Of a stretch of 64,000 nucleotides of DNA, positions 57,493-64,000 are shown piece after piece (positions within the stretch are counted from its first letter, which is position 1; each line of letters opens with the position of its first letter). This DNA is from Candidatus Oxydemutatoraceae bacterium (GTDB lineage Bacteria > Pseudomonadota > Gammaproteobacteria > Poriferisulfidales > Oxydemutatoraceae). The notes under the pieces are model-generated. The model had not been told where the DNA came from and did no database searches. It was given only the letters and a program-made list of their open reading frames with translations. The stretch lies in contig OZ244717.1 of assembly GCA_965218975.1 (NCBI GenBank), positions 594,347-658,346 on the forward strand. The letters run 5' to 3'. Both the position numbers and the translations under genes were made by a program.

Positions 57493-58848
57493 TCACCCAC
57501 CTGCTTTCTTATAGAGTAGAGCCCCACGCCGATGACGATCAAAGTATCGGGCAGAGCTCGGAAACGTTGTCCAAAGTAAAGTGCCGTCGGTGTTCTCGCG
57601 CACGATTGCTAAAAAGTTTTTCCCTTTGTCCGACCGAAACATTTTAAAGTAGCGTTTACGGAAATATCCGTTCTGATATTCGCTTAGCCAGATTTCATCG
57701 GGTGTTCGCAATGTTAGTGATATAAACTTGCTAAACTGCTCTCTTCTAACACTACGATCTTCAATAATATGGCTGAGTAAATCCTCGTGTATTTCTACCA
57801 CCTCAATCGGCGTGGTAACCACACGATGATCTTGCTCACCGAGCAACTCGCGTTTGAGCGTTCTGCGCGCATCTGCGACCGACTTATCTTTAGGCAGCAT
57901 CGCCGGTGCCGGCGGCAAGTCTGTGCGTTCGGCAAGGTCTCTAGCAGACGGTAAACCGTAATCCTTAAATGTCTTTTGATCGGGCTTCAGCAACGCAACC
58001 TTCCTGCCGCCGGCGCTGCCGATCGCATCCGGCAGCTGTCCTTCGAGGTCGTAGATCGGTCTCGCCCGGCCCGGGTTGTAACCGAAGCCCGCATCCGGCG
58101 CAAACATCACTTGCCTGCCGGTTGCATCTTTGCCGACATAGCGTACCGCCGGCTCGGTGATGACTTCACCGGTCGTCTTATCAACCGCAGCTTGTTGCTC
58201 AAACTTTTTCAGTTTCCCTTTGCTGCTCTCAACTTTCAGGCCGCGCCTGTTTAATGCGTTGTCGCTCAACGTGCGCACCCGGCAACGACAGTTCCAGCCG
58301 TTCGGCGGGTAGATCGTATCCCAGATCGGATCGTCGTGGCGAAATACCTTGCCGTGCAACGCGCGGTGGTGGTCGCGCGTGCGCCCGTCCAGCACCGCGA
58401 CATACTGCCAGTAGGGCCGTGCGCCGATTGCAAGCTTTGCTTGCCGCGCCTGTTCGCGGTAACGCCCGGCGTTATATGCCGATGCCAGATTCTGCCGAAA
58501 GATCGTTTTCAAACGGTGGTGCGAACCTAACTGCACGAGTTGCGCCGTGCCGTCCGGGCCTTCTTTGACGTGCTTACCCCACCAGCCTAACTTGCGCAGA
58601 CGCGGTTCAAGTTCATCGGCAAATTGTTTGAGTGTGATGCCTTCGGTGATTGCACGGTCCGCCGATTGGCGGATCGTGCGCAGCACTTCAAGTTTGGTCG
58701 CCTTCGCGACAGTGAAAGCCTGCGCGTGTGATTGCTGCCACACATCATGCCAATCCCAGCTGATCGCATAGCCTTTGCTCCTGAAATACGCAATCGCTTG
58801 CGCCGGCGGCTGCCGGACCGCAAACCCGAGGTCAACCGCCTCGGGCAT
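57493..58848 (-). CDS. Mu gpF-like head morphogenesis protein (minor head protein)
   Basis: 451 aa directly downstream of, and overlapping, the portal gene as in Mu gp29-gp30. Confidence 0.6.
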   Translation of the reverse strand: MPEAVDLGFAVRQPPAQAIAYFRSKGYAISWDWHDVWQQSHAQAFTVAKATKLEVLRTIRQSADRAITEGITLKQFADELEPRLRKLGWWGKHVKEGPDGTAQLVQLGSHHRLKTIFRQNLASAYNAGRYREQARQAKLAIGARPYWQYVAVLDGRTRDHHRALHGKVFRHDDPIWDTIYPPNGWNCRCRVRTLSDNALNRRGLKVESSKGKLKKFEQQAAVDKTTGEVITEPAVRYVGKDATGRQVMFAPDAGFGYNPGRARPIYDLEGQLPDAIGSAGGRKVALLKPDQKTFKDYGLPSARDLAERTDLPPAPAMLPKDKSVADARRTLKRELLGEQDHRVVTTPIEVVEIHEDLLSHIIEDRSVRREQFSKFISLTLRTPDEIWLSEYQNGYFRKRYFKMFRSDKGKNFLAIVRENTDGTLLWTTFPSSARYFDRHRRGALLYKKAGG

Positions 58849-60262
58849 TCAGCCGCCCCCATGTCTCGGCGACAAAGATGATCCGCGCAAGCGTGTCTTG
58901 CAGTACCGTTTCGTCCATGTCCGGGTAACGTTCGGCGATCGCGCCGAGAAGGACCGTCGGGTCATGCTCTATTTGAGCGATCAGCGATCGCATCAATTGT
59001 TCGGATATGTTTTGCAGATTGCCCTCATTAATCGAATCCAAAATCTGCTCAAATTCGGCAAAGTGTAATGATGGATTATCATCCGGCGCGTTGTCAGCTA
59101 ACGGCGGTGTGCCTATATCCTCGACCTCAACCCCGTAATTATCTTCGATGTATTGCCGGGTCGGACGATAGCCCATATCGAACAAAATCTTGTCGCGTTC
59201 GGCGCGCTCTTTCGCTGTGCCGGCCTCAAACACACGCATGACTTTCGGTATTGCCGCGCCGGGAAAATTCCACTCTGTCAGCCAACGTGCCACCGAGCGC
59301 GTGAACGAGTCGTCAATCAAGTGTGCGTCGGCCGTCACTTTCTCCTCGCGCACTGCATAATGCACTTCCGCCTGACTTCGGCTTGAGCCCGCGTCGGTCG
59401 TCATCGTTTGACCGACGACTACTTTGGCGATCGCTGCATCAATGACTTGATGGAAGCCGCCGTACTCCGGTCGCCCGGGCCGTGACGCCTCCAACAACTC
59501 CAGGCTCATACCTTCGGGGATAATCACCGCGCTGTCGCTGCGTAATCTGCCGGCAGCTTCAAGCAGCTTGTTTTGGTCGGCTTCGGGAGTCCCGGCCGGG
59601 TACCTGCCGACCGCCGAAGGCCCGCCGAACTTATCCAAAAACTTCAGCCAAAACCGCATGCCGTTGCGCTTGAAGAATACCGGCCAATATAAATAGTGTC
59701 CAAGTCCGATCCCGTACGGTTCGTCGTCGTGTGTCGCGCCGGTCGCAATGTGCCAAAATTTTTTCTCCGGCAGCGCTTCGCCGTCCGGTTTGTGCGTAGT
59801 TAATAACTTGAGATTAAACTGCGGGTCAAAACCGAACCGTGCGTGATTGCGCACCCTGATCTCATCCAAGACGATGGTGCGACCGTCTCTTTGCCACAGG
59901 CATTCCGCAACCGCATAGCCGTAGAAGATCGCATACCACATGCGCTCGCATACCGTGTCCCAGCGCACATGCCGCAATATCTCGCGGATAAAATCGGCCG
60001 CGGCCTTGTCGCGGCGCATCTTACCGCCCGGCGTCACTTCCCAGGCGCGCGCAATCAATGCGAGACGTCGTTGCGTGGCGGTGGAATACACTTGGTCGTC
60101 CGAGAGTAAATCACGATATGCCTCGTGTCCGAACCACGTGCCATACCGATACCGCAACACCGGGTCGGTCGGCGGCAACAACGGTAGATAATCCACATAA
60201 CCGCGTGTGATGTCGCGCCCGTCAAGCGTCGTTGCGATGACCTCAAATGCACGCTTGTCCAT
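58832..60262 (-). CDS. Portal protein (Mu gp29-like, DUF935)
   Basis: 476 aa, immediately after the large terminase gene. Confidence 0.65.
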   Translation of the reverse strand: MDKRAFEVIATTLDGRDITRGYVDYLPLLPPTDPVLRYRYGTWFGHEAYRDLLSDDQVYSTATQRRLALIARAWEVTPGGKMRRDKAAADFIREILRHVRWDTVCERMWYAIFYGYAVAECLWQRDGRTIVLDEIRVRNHARFGFDPQFNLKLLTTHKPDGEALPEKKFWHIATGATHDDEPYGIGLGHYLYWPVFFKRNGMRFWLKFLDKFGGPSAVGRYPAGTPEADQNKLLEAAGRLRSDSAVIIPEGMSLELLEASRPGRPEYGGFHQVIDAAIAKVVVGQTMTTDAGSSRSQAEVHYAVREEKVTADAHLIDDSFTRSVARWLTEWNFPGAAIPKVMRVFEAGTAKERAERDKILFDMGYRPTRQYIEDNYGVEVEDIGTPPLADNAPDDNPSLHFAEFEQILDSINEGNLQNISEQLMRSLIAQIEHDPTVLLGAIAERYPDMDETVLQDTLARIIFVAETWGRLNARGG

Positions 60263-61632
60263 TACATGTATCCGCTGTAGTCTTGCCCTGCGCCGAAGCC
60301 GATCAAGCCGCTATCGACATTCGCCGGGACCGACTTAAACTCAATCGGCACGACTGGATTGCTCGCCGCATGAATCGCCAGTGCATGCGCCCAGAACTCG
60401 TCGGCGTGTCCGGTCTCGGAGCGGTCGGCATCAAAGCGTGGATTGCCGGCGCTCGTCATCACACGCTTGACCGCATGATGGCTGTTGCGAATGTCGGTGT
60501 CGGCGGGCAGGCGAATTAAATCGTCTTCAAATGCCGTTTTAATTCCGGTTGCAAGGTCTAACTTTGTCGGGCCGGAAAACAATACGCCTTCCACGCGATA
60601 GGCGCCGAAACGTGTTTGCAAGTCCTCAGCTAATGCCTCGCCCATGCCGGTCTGGTCAACGCAAGCACGCGCAACTTTATATCGCTTCATTACCCGCTCA
60701 AACTCCGCTCTTTGATAAGCGAACCGTGCACGCTTCAGCCTCACCACTTCGCGCGTCCATAGCTTGCCTGCATGATTTTCCAACACCCATATCACGGTCA
60801 GGTCACGCCGGCGCGCAATGTCCATTCCGACCCAGCAGGTATTGCCGCGGTACAACTCCGGCCTACCGGCATCGTCCGCCTCGCAGCCGCTGATCAGATT
60901 CCAGGTGAGCCACGCGCTCGCCGCATCTATCGGCACACACATATATTCTTGTCGGAATAAATCTTCATCGCCAGCCGTCTCGCGACATTGCGCGACGAAC
61001 GCCTCACGCCCGGCAGCGGGTAATTTTTTCCCGGCAATCTTGTCGGCCAGCCCGTCGGCGACCGCCTGCGTGATCGGTGTGCTGTGTAACGACCATCCGC
61101 TTTTGGCGCGCTTGGCATCTTCCACCAACCGATAATAACGATTGCCTTTCCCGTTGTAGGTGCTTAATACCCGAATCGGGTAACCCCAAGTGATGACCGG
61201 TACCGCCGCTCGCCACAACTCATCGGCATTGTCATGAAAAGCAAATTCATCCAACACGACTTTGCCGCCTTTGGATCGAAAGCCGCGCGGATTAGAAGAT
61301 AAACCATGTATGCGCTTGCCGTTGGCAAGTTCGATTACCAATGCTTTAATGTCTTTGTCCCGGTCTAACACCACCTCTCCTAACTCATGTGCTGCAATGT
61401 TCAATAGGCGCGCCCACTGTGCGCAGTACAAAATGTACTCTTTGGCGGCGCTCGCATCGGCAGACGAAAACCACACATCCATGCCCTTGTTGGTAGCCGC
61501 GTCGCGCACGTCCTCATAGGCTTGTACGTAGGTCGCACCGATGCGCCGCGACTTCTCCCATATTTTCATTCGCGAGCGGTCCTTGAGCCAATGCTCTTGG
61601 TAGGGTAGAAAATACTTTGCCTCTCTCTTCAC
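60262..61632 (-). CDS. Terminase large subunit (Mu gp28-like)
   Basis: 456 aa; N-terminus LPYQEHWLKD...EKSRRIGATY is typical of Mu-like TerL. Confidence 0.7.
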   Translation of the reverse strand: MKREAKYFLPYQEHWLKDRSRMKIWEKSRRIGATYVQAYEDVRDAATNKGMDVWFSSADASAAKEYILYCAQWARLLNIAAHELGEVVLDRDKDIKALVIELANGKRIHGLSSNPRGFRSKGGKVVLDEFAFHDNADELWRAAVPVITWGYPIRVLSTYNGKGNRYYRLVEDAKRAKSGWSLHSTPITQAVADGLADKIAGKKLPAAGREAFVAQCRETAGDEDLFRQEYMCVPIDAASAWLTWNLISGCEADDAGRPELYRGNTCWVGMDIARRRDLTVIWVLENHAGKLWTREVVRLKRARFAYQRAEFERVMKRYKVARACVDQTGMGEALAEDLQTRFGAYRVEGVLFSGPTKLDLATGIKTAFEDDLIRLPADTDIRNSHHAVKRVMTSAGNPRFDADRSETGHADEFWAHALAIHAASNPVVPIEFKSVPANVDSGLIGFGAGQDYSGYM

Positions 61633-62177
61633 GACAGCCCCAACACCTGTTGCTCGATCGTCTTTAACGTCTGCTCGCTGACGCCTGCTTTGCGACCGCT
61701 GTCCTTGACTGCATCCGCTGCTTCTTTTTTCACTAGGTCGCGAATCTCTTGCTCCCGCCTAAGACTAATCGTCGAGGCCTGCTCCAATCGATGGATCGCG
61801 GTGGCAATCTCGCGCAGCGCCTTCGGTGCCGGCGGCTGACTATCCGCCCCGATCTTCGTTGCGACCTCAAATGCCAACATGCGCACGATCTCATTCAGCA
61901 GATGCCCGATTTCTCCCTCCGGCACCGCCCCCAACTTGTCCAACCACATCTTCGCTAGTTCGCGCGACTCGCGTAATTTCTTGCCGACCGTTTCCATCCG
62001 CGCCGCATGTCGTTGCACTGCGGATTTGCTGACGCGAATATCCAGCCCTGCCTGCTCGAGCAACCGGTTCAGCTGATCGGTCACCTGTTGTTGCGTTGTC
62101 GTACGATCGCGCAGCCACGCATTCAATTGGTCGCGTAGGTTCTCCGGTAATTGTTTGATCGACGACGGGTAGGGCAC
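61629..62177 (-). CDS. Mu gp27-like DUF3486 protein (terminase small subunit candidate)
   Basis: 182 aa, overlaps the TerL start by 4 nt. Confidence 0.55.
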   Translation of the reverse strand: MPYPSSIKQLPENLRDQLNAWLRDRTTTQQQVTDQLNRLLEQAGLDIRVSKSAVQRHAARMETVGKKLRESRELAKMWLDKLGAVPEGEIGHLLNEIVRMLAFEVATKIGADSQPPAPKALREIATAIHRLEQASTISLRREQEIRDLVKKEAADAVKDSGRKAGVSEQTLKTIEQQVLGLS

Positions 62178-62179
62178 AC

Positions 62180-62476
62180 TTAATTCGGTCGTGGTTGCGC
62201 GATACCCGGAATACTCACCGCGCCTCCGGCAACATCCATACCGCGCCGCGTAATTTGCGCGACATATAAATCGCCGTGCTTAATCAGGCGCACCATCCCT
62301 TGTTCCGCAAGCCAAGTCAATTCGGTGCGCAGTTTGTCCGCGCTGATCGTGTGTCCGGCTTCGACGAGCACGAGGAGCAGCACGTCCTCGTTGTGGCTAT
62401 ATGCGGAATCGGCTTGCAGTGCGGATAAAATTCTTAACCTTTGGTCTTCGGTGACCAATGCGGGGTAGTCATTCAT
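62180..62476 (-). CDS. Phage hypothetical protein (Mu gp26-position)
   Basis: 98-aa ORF between lysis genes and gp27-like. Confidence 0.4.
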   Translation of the reverse strand: MNDYPALVTEDQRLRILSALQADSAYSHNEDVLLLVLVEAGHTISADKLRTELTWLAEQGMVRLIKHGDLYVAQITRRGMDVAGGAVSIPGIAQPRPN

Positions 62477-62798
62477 TGAGTTCTTTGTGATGCAGTAAGT
62501 TGGTGATGTTTTGATTGCCTTGGAACTGCCCCTCGAGCCGTTTAAGCTCGGCGAGCACGTCGGTGATGCGTGAGTGCAAAGTCTCGATGTCTTTCTTTGT
62601 CGGCGCCGTGGCCGCTTGCACTTCTATACGCTTCTCTAGGTTGCCGTGGGCGCGGCGCAGTGTCTGAATCTCCTCACGGTTCGCCGTGGTGCGCCGCGCG
62701 ACGAACGCATAAACAATCCCGACGACCAGCACGACCGATTGAGTCACATCCAGCCCGAATTTCCACCACGACGGGTTATGCAGAAACTCCAACTCCAT
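62469..62798 (-). CDS. Putative spanin-like lysis protein (N-terminal TM plus coiled coil)
   Basis: 109 aa; hydrophobic segment VVLVVGIVYAFV followed by a charged helical region; lies in the lysis cassette. Confidence 0.4.
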   Translation of the reverse strand: MELEFLHNPSWWKFGLDVTQSVVLVVGIVYAFVARRTTANREEIQTLRRAHGNLEKRIEVQAATAPTKKDIETLHSRITDVLAELKRLEGQFQGNQNITNLLHHKELNE

Positions 62799-63235
62799 CA
62801 GTCTTTTGTGCCTTTACACAACTGCTTGATCCCGTTCATCAGGGCGTTAGGCGTGGCGCCCATATCTTTCAATGTCGCAATCCCCCAAATGCCACCGGTG
62901 ATCGCATAGTAGATGCGCATCCAACCCTCAGGCACCGCATTAAAATTCTTCCACATCAGCGCGACCGCCTCATTGCCGCCGAAAAAGGGCGCGGCGACGG
63001 TGAAAATAATCGGCAGTGCAAACAGCGAAAACGACGCCCATTTCAACCCGATGCTTGATTGACGCAATGCAGCCATCTCCCACTCGTGGTTTGCTTCGGA
63101 TTGACTCTGCATCAGACGCGCCCGATTGTTGATTTCGGACATCTGTAAATTGTGCTTGGCTTTGGACTTCTCGGCTTTGTTGTGTAGCCACTGTTTGCCC
63201 ACGCCGCTGACGGCGCTGATTATTGTCCCGATCAT
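62798..63235 (-). CDS. Putative holin-like membrane protein
   Basis: 145 aa with 2-3 predicted TM segments, directly downstream of lysozyme. Confidence 0.4.
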   Translation of the reverse strand: MIGTIISAVSGVGKQWLHNKAEKSKAKHNLQMSEINNRARLMQSQSEANHEWEMAALRQSSIGLKWASFSLFALPIIFTVAAPFFGGNEAVALMWKNFNAVPEGWMRIYYAITGGIWGIATLKDMGATPNALMNGIKQLCKGTKD

Positions 63236-63252
63236 ATTACCTCTTTAACTCG

Positions 63253-63687
63253 TTAAGATTGATACAATTCCGCTTCTGCCGCCCGACGCTTTACCAACCC
63301 AGACAGTCGTTTGCCGCCGGCATTCACCCAACGGCCGAACTCGGCAGTCGCTTCATCATGCTTGCCTGCTAATACCCTCTGCCTCAGTGTTGAACGCCGC
63401 AAGGCTCCGCGCCCGAGATTGAACGTGAAACTGACCAGCGCATCAAATTGCCCGTCGGTCAACTCACCCGGAATCAGATCGCAGACGGCGCGCTCCGCAT
63501 CTGCGACGTCGCGACGCAGGATTTCCTCCGCTTCATCCTCGCTGATGCTACTGCCGAAATCTTCGCCGCCCAAAACCACATGTCCGTAGCCGATTGTCGG
63601 TTTGCCGGCGGGACATATATATATGGTGTCGGAATAACCCTCGAACCGTTTGATTAAGTCTAATCCTTGTTGGGTGATATGGCGCAT
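63253..63687 (-). CDS. Phage lysozyme (GH24 endolysin)
   Basis: 144 aa; LIKRFEGY...GYGH core and a typical C-terminal region ...AEFGRWVNAGGKRLSGLVKRR. Confidence 0.8.
   Translation of the reverse strand: MRHITQQGLDLIKRFEGYSDTIYICPAGKPTIGYGHVVLGGEDFGSSISEDEAEEILRRDVADAERAVCDLIPGELTDGQFDALVSFTFNLGRGALRRSTLRQRVLAGKHDEATAEFGRWVNAGGKRLSGLVKRRAAEAELYQS
63271..63435. repeat. ~165-bp direct repeat (copy 1) of lysozyme 3-prime coding sequence; copy 2 at 63836-64000, 565 bp away, one mismatch
   Basis: CGCTTCTGCCGCCCGACGCTTTACC(A/G)ACCCAGACAGTCG... identical to the window end. Confidence 0.85.
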
Positions 63688-63715
63688 GCGGGTAATTTAT
63701 CCGCAGGGCAGGGAA

Positions 63716-64000
63716 TTATTCAGTAAAAATATTTTTCTGTTGGGTGGTGTCTAAAATATGCCGGATGGTCACGCCGGACAAGCCGAACTCGTCAATGAGT
63801 TCGGCGATTGATTTACCGTTGCGGTACGCCCGCCGCACCGCTTCTGCCGCCCGACGCTTTACCGACCCAGACAGTCGTTTGCCGCCGGCATTCACCCAAC
63901 GGCCGAACTCGGCAGTCGCTTCATCATGCTTGCCTGCTAATACCCTCTGCCTCAGTGTTGAACGCCGCAAGGCTCCGCGCCCGAGATTGAACGTGAAACT
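63716..64000 (-). CDS. Partial ORF (open to the window end): lysozyme-C-terminal-like segment fused to an HTH-like tail
   Basis: Encodes ...SFTFNLGRGALRRSTLRQRVLAGKHDEATAEFGRWVNAGGKRLSGSVKRRAAEA then VRRAYRNGKSIAELIDEFGLSGVTIRHILD (classic HTH); shares a >=165-bp duplicate with lysozyme. Confidence 0.35.
   Translation of the reverse strand, partial: SFTFNLGRGALRRSTLRQRVLAGKHDEATAEFGRWVNAGGKRLSGSVKRRAAEAVRRAYRNGKSIAELIDEFGLSGVTIRHILDTTQQKNIFTE
63719..63742 (-). promoter_or_regulatory. Second copy of the late-gene upstream element, ~33 nt upstream of the lysozyme start
   Basis: Minus-strand AACAGAAAAATATTTTTACTGAA; surrounding CATGCGGGTAATTTATCCGC resembles the protease-upstream cassette. Confidence 0.35.

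Larger units (their letters stand above)
40441..64000 (-). mobile_element. Mu-like transposable prophage with siphovirus-type tail (D3112/B3-like organisation), right-end half; continues beyond the window end
   Basis: Minus-strand module order matches Mu gene order: lysozyme, holin/spanin-like, gp26-like, gp27 (DUF3486), large terminase, portal DUF935, gpF, gpG, protease/scaffold, major head. Then major tail, G/GT chaperones with a -1 frameshift, tape measure, M/L/K-like, J-like 1118 aa, fibre-region genes and end cargo. The sequence TGTAAGCGGACACGCGAAA at 40441 resembles the Mu end TGAAGCGGCGCACGAAAAA. Confidence 0.7.

Overview
This 64-kb window comes from a ~50% GC proteobacterial chromosome. 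The gene order is gamma/beta-proteobacterial: aroE-hemB-hemF-tsaC-topA-dprA, divergent def-fmt, argH, a LytS/LytTR two-component pair followed by hemC-hemD-hemY-like, then an Mrp antiporter module. Housekeeping blocks are interrupted by accessory segments, listed here in order.

1. A ~4.6-kb GC-rich island (8.7-13.3 kb) sits between fmt and an esterase gene. It carries a minus-strand three-gene operon: a sacsin/Hsp90-like GHKL ATPase of 642 aa, a 146-aa unknown protein, and an SF2 DEAH-box helicase with a ~300-aa unassigned N-terminal domain. This looks like an uncharacterised restriction/defence-type system and is the strongest novelty lead in the window.
2. A putative Type II restriction-modification pair follows argH: a beta-class SPPY methyltransferase and an overlapping 221-aa ORF.
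3. A stand-alone Mrp/Mbh-type cation/proton antiporter cluster has the gene order E-F-G-B'-B-C-D plus two extra antiporter-like subunits.
4. A 1.44-kb higher-order tandem array is built from a 98-bp palindrome-bearing unit (two variants) and a 120-bp spacer-like unit.
5. An IS1595-family transposase is translationally coupled to a DPPY-motif methyltransferase and a 156-aa ORF. The ~2.4-kb unit is bracketed by imperfect 36-38-bp direct repeats.
6. A nitrate/sulfonate-type ABC transporter is followed by a fused SoxYZ-like carrier gene.
7. A Mu-like transposable prophage with a siphovirus-type tail runs from about 40.44 kb to beyond the window end. Its terminal cargo is a divergent UDG-superfamily gene plus a Gp37/Gp68 (DUF5131) gene. 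It also contains a -1 frameshift site in the tail chaperone genes, internal tandem duplications and a duplicated late-gene upstream cassette.

No rRNA, tRNA, tmRNA or CRISPR array was recognised. All calls rest on reading the sequence and the ORF track; no database search was run.
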